Both the position numbers and the translations under genes were made by a program. A DNA stretch of 62,848 bases, filler included, from Choristocarpus tenellus KU-1152 (Eukaryota; Protista; Phaeophyceae): NCBI GenBank assembly GCA_964200185.2. It is 12 parts of 12 records of this genome, joined end to end, with 100 filler letters (N's around TTAATTAATTAA, not from the genome) between each part and the next. Parts side by side here need not be neighbours in the genome. Positions count along the whole stretch, not along the records: positions 22,068 to 26,348 come from CAXNAD020015311.1; positions 26,449 to 34,161 come from CAXNAD020005704.1; positions 34,262 to 43,771 come from CAXNAD020003620.1; 9 more parts are not named here. The stretch is one strand, 5' to 3'. Below are positions 24,621-37,022 of the stretch, one piece after another. Below the pieces are notes generated by a model, which was not told the origin of the DNA, did not search any database, and saw only the letters and a program-made list of their open reading frames with translations. Position 1 is the first letter of the stretch, and every line of letters begins with the position of its first letter.

Positions 24621-25477
24621 ATATGAGCCAAAAGCGAACGAGAGGTACCCGGTTTTTCGGCCTTTCGCATTGTACGATTTATTGTTTCTAGTTCACCCAT
24701 ATTTCGATTAGTGAGTGTTAAGGTTCACCTAAGAGGGCAGATTCTTTGTCGTTTGAAACTTTTCGATACAATTGAGATAGTATTCTATATGCATACGTAA
24801 AAAAATACAAATTTGAACATATTTGCTGGCATCCTCAAAAATGCAACTCTGTAAACCTCTAATTTACTTTCACGCTGTACTCGAATGTTGCATTTGTTTG
24901 TCGCAACAAAATATGAGGACCAAACCGAATGCCGACACTTCGAACGATTAATAATTCCCAATTAGTATCACAATACATGTTGGAATAAATGATGTTCATG
25001 GGACTCGCACCAAAAGAAGACGTGTAATTAGAACAGGGACACGATGGTAGTTGTCTCAAAGCCAATCAATCTCTACTCTGTCCGCAGATCACATGTGGCT
25101 GAAGCCATAGCCCAGCTCAAGGCTCTTCCATGTGTGCAGCACATACACCAATGTGTATTACAAACATAATACGCAAAAAGAGTGAGTGGAATTAGTGGTT
25201 AATATTTCCATGATTGGATCAAGTTGCGCAGTTGATAAGTTGAAGAATGACAATCAAACTTCAAATTTCACACTTCCAAATAATAAAAGTCTGATAGTAC
25301 TTTCATACAAATTTGAATATTAGAGGAAATCCATATTTCTTTAGGTTACAGGACCATATCATACTATATATTGATTTTTGTCGATCGTGTAATAGACAAA
25401 TCAGCACACTGCAGTAGTACTAACACTACACCAAAATCAAGTAAATTCTGAATCTGTCTTAATTCATAACAATAGTT

Positions 25478-25680
25478 ATAACCTCAATACCTTCGCGGTG
25501 GAACGTTTCGGGCGCCTTGGTAAGCAAGCGGAAAATTTCCTGGATGAGCTAGCTACGCACGGGGGAGAGGAACTGGAGGCTACAGGAGGAAGGGGCGGTC
25601 AAATCCCGCCTATTATGACAAATAGTCTCTATAACAACGCATGTGGCCCTGTCTAGGCATGTTATGCGTTATAAGCTGGA
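25478..25680 (+). mobile_element. C-terminal remnant of an RLE-bearing (CRE-like) non-LTR retrotransposon
   Basis: YNLNTFAVERFGRLGKQAENFLDELATH matches the F.VE..G.LG..A..FL..LA motif at the end of restriction-like endonuclease domains. Confidence 0.6.
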
Positions 25681-25730
25681 GTCACCAGGGAGATGGGCAA
25701 GGAGGGGCTTGTTAGATTATTGAAATGTTT

Positions 25731-25940
25731 GCCTAGCTCCTAACCCTGGAGTGCAGGGATAGGTAGGTTGGAGACCCAGGAAGGCAGTGGTACAACATAC
25801 AGCTCGTAGTAAAATAGCAAATTAATGTTTTCACATTTATGACAACTATTACATAGAGATTTTTCTGACAACATGTGAATAGTTTTCATTATATTTTTAT
25901 GACACATCTACAAAATGTTAGAGGTATAATAAAAAATAAT
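25731..25940 (+). repeat. Dispersed repeat family C (unclassified, ~210-260 bp), copy 1
   Basis: GGTTGGAGAC.CAGGAAGGCAGTGGTACAACATA...GATTTTTCTGACA...AAATGT.AGAGG homologous to 60961-61140, 61868-62095, 26062-26320 (minus) and partial 16191-16270. Confidence 0.85.
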
Positions 25941-26061
25941 GTAGTATACTCCACTTCTCCCAACTCTTATACTCATATAACAAGTCATACGCCAGTCACT
26001 CGTTACGTAACATAAAAAGGGATATTGCTAAATGGAGGTGAAATTCCATCATTTGTAACTC

Positions 26062-26320
26062 CCAATATTTTATTATTATGCCCTCTGACTTTTGGCAGAT
26101 GTGTCAGGGGGCAAACCAATGAGAACTATACATATGTCATTATTAGCCCTAAATAAGTAAAATATCCTAAACGTAAGAACACTATAAAACACTGTAAGTG
26201 TGGAAACCACTAATCTATCAGTTACTTCACCAATATAAAATATTGTACTACTGTCGTCCTTTTGCTTCCCATCTACCTACTCCTATGCCCCGGGGGGGGG
26301 AGCTAGGGAGGCATCCCAAG
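26062..26320 (-). repeat. Dispersed repeat family C, inverted copy
   Basis: Reverse complement aligns with 61868-62095 from TTGGG.GC.TCCCTAG to GTCAGAGGGCATAATAA, with a small insertion. Confidence 0.8.
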
Positions 26321-28559
26321 AATCCAACAGACCCCTCCGTGCCCATGGNNNNNNNNNNNNNNNNNNNNNNNNNNNNNNNNNNNNNNNNNNNNTTAATTAA
26401 TTAANNNNNNNNNNNNNNNNNNNNNNNNNNNNNNNNNNNNNNNNNNNNGGGGCATCCGCCGTCTTGGCCGCAACGACCAGCGGTACGAAGCGCTCCGGGG
26501 GGAGGGTAAGAGAGGGGATGGCGGAGTCGTAAGGACTTGGGTTATATCATTCTTCAGAGCATTTTTCGTCAAAATGCATTTTTCATTATTTTGCAATCAC
26601 CATGGTTGCATGCTCATGTGGGCATGTACATGGGGAGCAAAAATAAACAGGCCTCGACAGGAGATGTAAAAAATAAACTTGCAAAACTCTCTGCGGTTCC
26701 CGTGCCTTGTGGGTGCTCATCCCTGCCCAGTGGCGTGATATGGGATGCCGCAAGGCATACAGAACCTACAGCCAACTCTAATCATGAACGCCCTGCAACA
26801 GACAGACAGACAAGCATGGTGTCTTCCTCCCTCGATGGTAAGCTTGGAACAAATAGAAAGTCCTGTTTGCCTGCGCCACCTTCTGCTGCGTTGCACCTGT
26901 CTATCTGTACATCAGACACTCGCGCATCCACACACACGCTCATCACTGTCATCTACATTCACAAGAGGAGATCTAAAGCTGGAGGTTTGATCGAAAGGGT
27001 CCTCCTCAGGTTTTGAGTTGGTGCAATAGCAAAGCACAGTCGCATCGTAGGTGGGGGTGAGTGTGGACAAGAAGCACGTATCGCACAGCTACAAAGCACC
27101 AGAGTCATTGAAGTAGCCGTATCTCAACAACCTCGTCATGACTACAACTAAGATGTGCTACGTATACGTAGTAACTTCCTTCGTGTCGCTTACCATCACT
27201 GAAAACAGTCCAAACACTATGCAACATTTCCCACTTCAACCCTACTAACGTGAATGTTTCATTCCATATAGAACACTACACTACACCGGGTGGGTTTGCC
27301 TGTGTGATTTGACGCTAAGGCCGTCCTGTTGTGTGTGTCTCTTCGCAGTGTTTCCTTCCACTCTTTAGGTCACAGGCCAGTCCAGTAATAGCTGGAAGGC
27401 GATGCTGTGTCTCTAAATATATATTTTTTGTATTGCGGCAAAAGAAGAAAAAAAACAGTGGACTGAAATAGGACTGAACAAGACAAGTCAAACGAGAACG
27501 TTTTGAACACACAAAGCATGCAAGGTCCAGAAAACAAACAGTAACAAGGGGTGCGAGGAGAGGGGGGGGGGGAACAGATATCTTACCCCCTCCTTCCCTG
27601 TCTTCTGTACAAGATTCTCCTTGAGCCTTCTCCTCCCTGTACTGAACTTGTCCTTGAGTCCTCCCTGCTTGGACGTGTCAGCTACTCCTGAAATAAAGCA
27701 CCATTACATAGGGAACAAAATCAGGGGAAGGAGTGAGAAAGGAGTCGGGCGTCCTGAGTGCAGTCGTGGATGTGTAGGTAGCTGGAGGGGGTCAGGGGGA
27801 GGATCAGACGGTGTGGTGGATGATGCTTGACTACCATCCTATATTAGAGTTGCTCTTAACCATGAACATGCACCTTGAGTGTGTGTGTGCTTGTAATTAT
27901 TATCTGCAGAAACTACGGACAGGTCACTATAGTGGCCAAGCAATGATTGTTCGGATGAGGATAGTCCCTGGTGGTTAAGAATCGGCATGCCAAATAAGCC
28001 TTGAGTCAGAAAATATAATACCAATCAGAAAAATCGAAAGGCAGTGGAGTTCCAAAGATATCCATCCACACCGTCAGTGAGAGACACTAAAGCATAAATC
28101 GGAATTGTCCATACTAGACAAGCGTGTAGCATCTTGCAGCCCGCCAAAAGAACAATATATTAAACGTAAAGACACATAATTGGTTCACCCAAAAAGGAAA
28201 ACGAGCGTGGCCGCAGACATTCCAGCTTGCCACACAGTCTTCATAGGTACCCCAATTAAGAAATTTCAGCTGTGCAAGGTACAGGGTGATTTCGACCGCC
28301 TAGGAACATGCGAAAGATAACCCCCAAAAAGGAACCTGGTAAGAGTGGGTTGACTCTACCTTGTCTCAACAAGGTTGGACAAAGAGGCAAAGTATCTTTC
28401 GACAGGTCGAAGGTTTCAATGCTGATCGTAAAAGATGTACAATAATATTTCCAGTCCTGCTGTACTAGAAAAAAAATGGCATTTGGGGGAAAATCTGAAG
28501 GGCCTGATGAACTTGTTGGAGAGAGGTCTGGTAAGGACAATGACCAGGAAAATATTTTA

Positions 28560-28990
28560 CACGTTGGCACTAAGTTCAGGAGAGCAGGCATCAAGCCTTG
28601 AAATATGTGATGACTTTAACTATGGCGCCGCAGTAACGGGGGAAACCATCTTGCCTTATGTTTCGAAGAAAGCATCCTTCGCGAAGCTGGTTGATGTACT
28701 GCTGTATACCTCTTACGGTATGGATCATGTTTTTACGGCTTGGAGAGGTTTGTGTGGGAGGAAGGCTGTTTATATTATGAGCGACAAGATTATTAATTGT
28801 GATACCCTGGCACCGAGAATGAGTTTCGCGACAATGCTTCTCTCCGTTATCAAAGGCGCGTGAAAGTCAGACCGACTACTTACTACTCTGGGACATGTTT
28901 CAACAGACAAGGACAGTAGGGCTAGCCAAACAACGCTATTATTCAGGAATATATCAGATCGGCAACATGTTCGATGCCAAGCCACCAATG
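28560..28990 (+). pseudogene. Possible hAT transposase remnant
   Basis: VFTAWRGLCGRKAVYIMSDKIIN weakly resembles hAT W.L..K..I.TDN..N; downstream QHVRCQA resembles the CxxH region. Heavily degraded. Confidence 0.3.
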
Positions 28991-29557
28991 TATTCCGTCT
29001 GGAGTGGCATTATGTAACCATCTATCTCAGTCAGAACCCAGCCCAGGTTGATGACTCCCTTCACTTACAGCATTTGAATTTGTATCCCTCACCTCCTACA
29101 TCAGGGGCTCCTCCATAGCTTGAATAGGTTGGAGAGGGTGCGGGCTCCTCAACAGCCTCTTCCTTCTCTTTTTTCTTTCCTCTCCACATGTGGATGGTTT
29201 GTCCTCTTGTTGTAGTTTCACTACTATTGTGGTGTGTTATCTAATTTCGAAATATTGTCGGGGTGTAAGGAAGGGTTTCCATCAGTTATGAGAAAGTAGT
29301 TACTTTAACTTCATAAATAATGAAGCGTGTTCAATTTGTCCTCTTGATTACAAGAGTTGAACCCTAACCCTAAGATATTTTCTATATCAAACCCCTAACC
29401 CTTCCCGATCCACTGGATCGCTCACGGTTGGTGGACAACCCCTCCGTCGTCTGGGATGTTGCGTGACTACCCGTGTCCCTGATTGGAACTCAAGCTTTCC
29501 GAAGCCAGAGAATATCCAAGGAAGCTCGCCTTTGTTGGTGGCATCTGCCGGTCAACG

Positions 29558-32500
29558 ATGACGAAATGTTTCATGGACATTTCGATCGGTGGCGAGCCTG
29601 GTAGGTAGTTTTTGACGCTTTCAGTACCGTCCAACACGATATGCAGTTTGTGAGCATGTGCGATTGATATTTGTATCCGTATACATAGCACAAATACACT
29701 CCTTAACCTCACGTCTTCATTTCTTGCCCTATTTTTGTTACCCAATCCTTCTACCAAGCAGCTGGACGCCTGGTATTCAAGCTGTTTGACTCGGATGTGC
29801 CGTTGACAACAGAGAACTTTCGATGTCTTTGCACCGGAGAGAAGGGCGAGGGTCGCACGACGGGAAAACCCTTGCATTATAAGGGTGCGGCAACGTGTTT
29901 GGAGATTTCCCTTCATATTTGATTCGTGTCTCATGTCGCGACTTTTTTTACTCGGGTGTCAGTCAGGCTGGTTTTGGTGTAGCCCCCGTGCGCCCGTTGC
30001 ATGCACACACGATACCACACTAAAGGAGAAGAACATATGCCTTGCCAGGTTCACGCCTACCAAACTTGCTGTGCGGTATTGTTGTGCAATCGTCGTTCAC
30101 TATTTCACTGAATGTAGACCAAAGAACTAATGCGCTGTCCTTCCTCCACTTCACGCCGTTAGGTGTCCCGTTCCATCGCATCATCCCTGGATTTATGGTG
30201 AGCTTGGCCTGGTATGGAACTTCTAAAGTTATGGAAAATAGATTACTTGGCCTATAAATTTTTCTTGGTTGGGGTTCCGTTTAAGTAACCTAGTGTGAAG
30301 GTTGTATACATGATGTTGAATCCCATCCACGTTCTTCGACTGGAGGGTGATATAATAGTCTTGGATGCGGAAAGCAAACAATTTCAGTTATATGGAAGTC
30401 TGCTGCATCCTGTGAAGGCATCATTGCTGAGTTGGAAACATCGAATCCTAGGATTGTCCCTGGCTAATCGAAGCCGAATTGATTGTGTAGATGCGGCGTC
30501 AAGAATAATCATGCACAACGTCCAGTTTAACATTTGTCCTCCGCCAAAAATATATATATATTCCTCCTGCTGATTCCAGTGCCAGGGAGGGGACTTCGAA
30601 CGCCGAAATGGGACAGGTGGGGAGTGCATTTATGGGGGAAAGTTCAAGGACGAGAACCTCAAGGGAAAGCATGACCGCAAGCATCTTCTGTCCATGGCCA
30701 ATGCAGGCCCGAACACCAATGGAAGCCAGGTGCAACACAATAGTGTTACGTCATCCTTTGTTGTCCTGGCGTCCATTTGAAACAGTAGTTACCTTCCCCT
30801 CCACCCCACTCACCCCTTGCCCTCTGTCGCCATAATGATAAGCATGGTATCATGAAGTCAATTTTGTGTGCTTTATTTCCTCTTGTGTGTGTAGCCATAG
30901 GAACTTTTGCTCGTTCAGTGTGCTGTCATTCCTTTGGTGTTGTGATATTTTAGAGCTTGAGTACAACTCAGATGGGGAAGGTATAGTTTGTTAGCCACTC
31001 TGAAGCAGGTACTGCAAAACAAGGTAGTACATACCCCCACACCCACCCCTGCCACCCCTAACCCCTCCTCTTTGAATTGCATGACCTACATTAATTCGAT
31101 CGCGTCTTGTTTGCCTGTCGATATATGGTGCTACTCTGCTTGCATCATCTGGTCTTACTTACAAAACATAATTTTTGTCTACAATCACGGGTGGAAAGTT
31201 CTTCCTCACCACCGGGCCGGCTCATCACCTAGACGGAAAACATGTGGTGTTTGGCAAGCTGGAGTCTGGAGCGGAGACAGTGAAACGAATGGAGAATGTG
31301 GAAACTGATGGGAAGGATGTCCCCATCTCTCTCCAGAGGGTGATCATCGAGAACTGTGGAGAGGTGGTAGCGACGACATCAAAGCACCACCACCATCAAC
31401 ACAAGAACGAGAGGGAGGAAGATAGTGTGGAAAGGAAGGAGAGTAGGAAGGAGACTAAAGCGAGCAAAAAGGATAAGAAAAAGCATACTAAAAAGGAGAA
31501 GAAGCATGAAAAAAAGTCTAGCAAGAAGAGCAAGCGTGACCGCAGTCGAAGTCGAAGCCCTGCCGCTGAAGTGGGGACAGCAACAGAGGAGTATGCGGGA
31601 CAGGGTGGTGGCACCATAAGTGGATCTGACTCTGGGAATGATTCTGACTCTGGTGGCGGGTCGGAGAACGGTTATGAGGAGGATGGACGTAAGATTCGCA
31701 AGCGGGAAAGCAAGAAGAAAAAGAAAGGAAAGAAGAGTAAGAAGGCAAAGAGGAAGGGTAGCGGTGATGGTGACGAGGTGAGCAAGGGAAGAGGTAGAGA
31801 GGCAGAGGAGGACAACAGTATATCCCCCCAACGTAGTAGGGTCAAGGAGGCCAGTGGATTTGATAATTTGGATGAAGTTCGTGGTGGGGTCATCCCTCAC
31901 GAGAGTACTGGTTTGTCCAGGGGCAAGGATGAGAAAGCGTCCAATGGATCTGCTGTGACGCGTAAGGTGGAGTTAAGGGAGGAAAGGAGGGGGGACAGTG
32001 CTGGAGAAAATGAGCAGGAGGAGGTCAGGGGAAGAGAAAGGGCGGATAGGAGTGCAAAAGATGCCTCAAGATTTAGAACACTTGATAGAGGGGAGAGAGG
32101 TGAGGACAGGAGCAGGAGTGGGAGTGGGAGCAGGGATAAGGGAGTTGATAAAGAAAGCAGGGGCAGAGGTGAGGGCCGTGGTTTGAGTCAGGATGATGCC
32201 TTAGTGGTGGCAGCTCAATCAGATGGTAAGGATGGTGGGGTGGAACCCCCAAGGTACAAGGGGCGTGGGATTCGTCGATACCGTACTCCCTCTCCCGAGA
32301 GAAAGCCAGAGGAACGTCGTGGCAGCGACCGTGTTGTTCGGGGTCAGTCTGGTAGGTGGAATGATGGAGGGGGTTGGGGAGGAGGAGATCGTTATCGTGA
32401 TCGTAACCGTGACATAGAACGGGAACGGGATCGGGATCGGGATGGGGGACGCAGTTATGGCGTTGGTGGCTATGGTCGGGACCGAGGGAACGGTGACCGC

Positions 32501-33433
32501 TGGGGGGGTCGCAGTGGAACCTTTGGACGCCGAGGGTTCAGGTCTGGTGGTGGGTACAGTGATCTTGCAGCTCGCCACCCTGTCCGAGGTGGTGGGCGTA
32601 GCAGGAGCAGGAGCCGAAGCTGGGACCGGGACCGGGACCGTGGCCGAGGACGGGGGGGAACGGGCAGTGGAAGGGGACGTCGTGGTTACTCTCACAGTCC
32701 TTGTAGACGGGGGGGTGGGGGTGGGGCAAGGTATCGCAGTCGCTCTGGCAGTGCCCGGCGCCGGAGTCTTAGCAAAAGCCGCAGCCGCAGCCGCAGCCGC
32801 AGCCGCAGCGCCTCTTCCCGAGAGACACGTAAGAAGCGTGCTGCATCAAGGTCACGCTCACCGGCTACCTTTGCCAAGAAGAACCGTGGGGGCAGCAAGA
32901 GCTCAAGCCGTGGAGGAGGTCGAGACAGGAGTCGGAGCCACAGTCAGAGCCGCAGCCGCAGTCGCAGCCGGAGCCGGAGCGAGGGAAAGCGTCGGGGTAG
33001 GGGTAGGGGAAGGAGCAGGGGGAGCAGGAGCAGGAGCCGGAGCCGAAGTCAAAGCAGGGGGAGAGGGAAGAGGAATAGGAGCAGGAGCAGGAGCTTAAGC
33101 CGGGAAGGAGGGTTTGGAACTAGGGGCAAGAGCAGGAGCAGGAGCAGTGGTAGAGAGAGCCGTCAAGGCAAGAGGCGCCGGAGGAGTTTGAGCAAAGGTC
33201 AGAGCAAGAGTCGAAGCAGGAGCAAGAGCAGGAGTGAGAGTAAGGGTGGTGGTGGTAGGGGTGATGCCAATGGGAATGACAACGGTATCAATGGGAATGC
33301 TGGGGACAAGCAATCGGGGAAAGGAGAGGGAGAGAAGGAAAATAGTAGTGGTGGTAGTGGGGGAGGCCAAAATGATGTGGAAACCCCGAAGAGGGAGAAG
33401 AGCAGGAGTGAAAGCAGAAGTGCTAGTCAGTGA
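29558..33433 (+). CDS. PPIG: RS-domain multidomain cyclophilin (PPIG/NKTR-like), 5 exons: 29558-29600, 29762-29884, 30163-30197, 30580-30729, 31199-33433 (~861 aa)
   Basis: Spliced product [73 protein letters not shown]...[32 protein letters not shown]. All introns GT-AG with consistent phases. Lys-rich and long RS/RG C-terminus; [12 protein letters not shown] motif as in PPIG. Confidence 0.92.
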
Positions 33434-34261
33434 TGAGTGGCAGAACAAAGAAGGAAGTTGGAAATGGGGGAGCTTGGCGTAAAGCCCCTCCTGTAGCTTT
33501 GAATCTACCGCTGCCCATCTCTGACTCCTCTCCTCTACTGCAACATCACACCTGCTAAGCAACACATATGTTTCAGGTGGTCATTTGGATTGTTGTGTGC
33601 AGGGAAGGTTAGAGACACATTGGTTGAACCGCCTTAGTGTGTTGAAGACAAAATTGTTTATCTCTTGCGAGTTGGTATGAATAATCAAATAGCCGATTGC
33701 TGCTTGACGCCTCAGTCACACTCATTGGAGGTACTAGTATAGCATGTATGACAGCATTGGCAACCCTGGGGAAAGGGGGGAGGCTTGAGATATGGTATGA
33801 CTGGCCCTGGATAAGGCAGCTGTTTGTTTTTTTGCCTTGAACAATCACCCCTTCCTGTTGAGCCTTGCCCATCTTTTGTCTGGGAGGTATGTGAGTGTAG
33901 GTGTTGATTATGTACCAAGTTGACCCTGTATGCACGCTCATACCCTGTGCCTTCATGTTTTGGGTGTGTCTCTAGACTTCCTCCACTTAATTACTGTTTT
34001 GGTTTGCACCATTGGAAGCGGACCATATTGTGATGGAAGGGATTTCTGTGTGCTCTTTCGGTGTGGTGGGGGAGGGGGGCAGGGGGGGGGGGGGTGGGGG
34101 GAGGGGGGGGGAACAGGATACTTGCAGATAGGTGAGAGGAAAACGAAAAGGATTGAAATAGNNNNNNNNNNNNNNNNNNNNNNNNNNNNNNNNNNNNNNN
34201 NNNNNTTAATTAATTAANNNNNNNNNNNNNNNNNNNNNNNNNNNNNNNNNNNNNNNNNNNN

Positions 34262-34417
34262 GAGGGTGTCTACACCAGTTTGTACATTCGGGCCCTGACC
34301 AGGAGAAGTGCACTTACATTATCCATCTGATACATGCAACCAAATCACCCAAAAATCTCGACATGGAAAAATGGGCCCCAACTGGACCGTCGCCACCCCC
34401 CCCATATACTTTGAGCC
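34262..34417 (+). mobile_element. MITE family B copy (left poly-G TIR lost at contig start)
   Basis: Aligns to 11505-11654; ends CCCCCCCCATATACTTTGAGCC. Confidence 0.85.
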
Positions 34418-34419
34418 GC

Positions 34420-34920
34420 TTGTGAGAAAGACTCTCCATGAAGTCGTTTTGCCTTGCTAAAAGGGTGAGGAGAGTAGCCACCAGTGATCCTACAAAGGCT
34501 GCATGCTGGCGATACTTCATAGAGGATAGGCCCAACCCTACCGAACATGTGGGCATCTGTGCCTGTACTTGTTGGTAGTCCAAGAATGTCTCCAAGTGAA
34601 GAGACCCATTTTCACACACCACTTCAAAAAGTAAGTGGCTCCCAGTGAATCTGTTACCTCCATTACATTCTCCAGCGTCCACAGTGAGGTGTTGCCTGCT
34701 TGTTCCATGGTGGAATATGCGAGGTGGGAGGGAGTGACCTTTACCAAATAGCCTAAGCGGGAAGAGAGGGACCAGCAGTTGAGGAGCCAGGCAACTTGTT
34801 TGTCCTCCATCTCACTCAGGTGCATGGCCAGTATTCGCGACCCAGAGCTCTCGATAACGTCAGCCATGTGGGCTTGGATGAATCCATCTTTTCCCACTGT
34901 GGCCCCTAGGGTAAACAAAA
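34420..34920 (-). mobile_element. CRE-like non-LTR retrotransposon RT-thumb remnant
   Basis: LGATVGKDGFIQAH, KQVAWLLNCWSLSSRLGYLVKVTP and QMPTCSVGLGLSSMKYRQHAAFVGSL (LP...GGLG...AA..GS motif). Abuts MITE-B. Confidence 0.65.
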
Positions 34921-35375
34921 CTATTTGGGTACGGGGCCAGGTTGATTCCCAGAAGTTTCTATTTCTGAGGGTGTGGGCTGGTGGCCCTAGGCAGGTGCAG
35001 CAAAGGTCTTGTCATTTTAGGGCAGTGCCTACCACATATAGATCAGTTTTTAGCTGATTAAAAGCAGCTATTGTGGTGCAGTTGATCTCCCTTGCAGAAA
35101 TGGATGCGCCATCATTATTCAATGTTAGATATAATAAGGGCAGAGGGAGTGTTAACTTTGAGTGGTTTTAAGGAGGCTGTTCCTTGGATATATTTTGGAA
35201 GTTTGAGCCTCAAATCCCATCAATGCTAGAGTTCTTTAGTCAATATCTGGTTTTGATAAACCAAATTCCACATTCCAAGCAAAACACATTACATTGTTGT
35301 ACAACTTAAAGGTAATGATTCTATCCGTCACTAAACATACTAATAATGAACCTATTACCATATGTGATAGTATTA

Positions 35376-37022
35376 CTACCTCTGTGCCATAACTTTGTGC
35401 CGAATCGGACAATAACCCCACAGAATGAAATTGGGTTGACAATCTCAGCTTTTAGGAAAGGTAGGGGTCGAGGATCATCAGGTACAAACTCAAGGCGCTT
35501 CAAGCCGTCAAAGTAGGGATCTTTTGGGGTGATTTTGGGGCCAGAACTGGGCACGTTGAGGGTCAGCACATCGGCATGGGAACCTCCCCGTCAACCCCCC
35601 CCCGTAGGAAGGGTGCCCAAGTGTCCCTGAATACCAGGGTTGCACTTGCAGTGCAGCTCGCCCTCACGATAATCCCTGGTGAGCATAAACTGCCGTGACA
35701 CATTAGGTTGGCCCTTGCACCAGAGTTTGGAGTGTTCGAGCATTAGATGCAAGAGCTCTGGGAGGACATCACCGATCAGCTTGTCTGTGGCCACACGCTT
35801 GACTAGGGGTGGGGGCACATAGTGGGCGACCTTTGGAGCTCACACCGACCAAGATGGATGCAATAAATCGTATCAACTCCGATAATCAGTCATTCACGGT
35901 GCGTCAGGTGTCAATGAAGATGACCATCAAGGGGATGAATTATAGCACGATCACCATAAGCAGGTGGTTGGATGATATGGGGGCCAAGTCGAATTGCCAC
36001 TGGATCAAACCCAAGCTTAAATCATGGCGAAGGGTATGGAGAATGAACTTTGTTTGTAATCAAGTGGACCGAAAACGTGGTGTCTACACCTCCATGGCGA
36101 ACACAATCCATGTGGTTTTACGCGATGGCTGATGGGGAAAGGGTTAGGGTATTTCCACATGAGGATGATAGCGACCTCCCAGGGTCCCCTACTGTGCCAC
36201 ACAAGAGTCATATCCCCAAAATCATGATCATTGCAGCCAATGCCCGCCCAGATTCGGCTCACAGCTTTGATGCAAAGCTTGGTGTTTGGCGTGTGTGTGC
36301 ACCAAAAACGGCAGACAGGACAAGCAAGGACCATAAAAAGGGGGATGTGAATGAGAAGGACTGTACTTTAGATCATTTGTGGTACAGGAAGTGGTACATG
36401 GAGGAGTTACTGCCTGCAATCAAGACCAAGATGCCTTGGTTGCAGAGGAAGCACGTTGTCATTCAACAAGATGGTGCCACCCCCCACACGGGCAAGGTCA
36501 ACTCAGAAATCTTGTCAGGGGTAGGGACGACTGAGGAGTGGTCGATTAGGTTTGTGACGCAGCCATCTAACTCCCCCGGCCTCAATATCATGGACCTGTG
36601 CTTCTCCAGGTCTTTGAAATGTTGGGTGATGGGGGAGCGGTTTGGGTGTGTCAAGGATATTATGGTGAAGGTCATTAAAAAACAGTATGAGGAGTATGAT
36701 GAAACCACAATTTAGAGGGATTGGCAGCTCCTTTTTGTAGTGTACAATCAAGTACTTAGATACAAAGGAGGGAATGACTTCAGTGTGGAGCACACAGGGG
36801 TAAGGAAGAGACAGTTGTTTGGTGAGGTTAAAAAAATGTCGAAGGTAGACACGGAGACTTTTTCCGTGGCTGATAAAATTGTGATGGGTGGGAAAAATAA
36901 TAATAAAAAGAGCTGACCCCTAACCAAAAATTCGTCAGGGGTTCAAGTCTTCTTTCAGATATGAATTTCATCATCTTTAACAGTTAGGGACAACACGGCA
37001 CAGACTTATGGCATGGAGGTAG
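35376..37022 (+). mobile_element. Full-length (1647 bp) plant-type mariner (DD39D-related) element with 27-bp TIRs and TA TSD
   Basis: Left TIR CTACCTCTGTGCCATAACTTTGTGCCG (35376-35402); right TIR reverse complement CTACCTCCATGCCATAAGTCTGTGCCG (36996-37022); TA at 35374-75 and 37023-24. Confidence 0.92.
35620..36900 (+). pseudogene. Mariner transposase pseudogene
   Basis: SGRP, IKPKL...R.NF, TIHV/WFY, HKSHIPKIMIIAANARP, FDAKLGVW, IQQDGATPH, QPSNSPGLNIMDLCF, GGNDFSVEH. Frameshift at ~36113; stops in the HTH region and at 36713. Confidence 0.9.

Noticed and set aside
31379-33565. Many overlapping alternative-frame and antisense ORFs
   Set aside because: Shadow ORFs of the purine-rich, low-complexity RS-domain exon.
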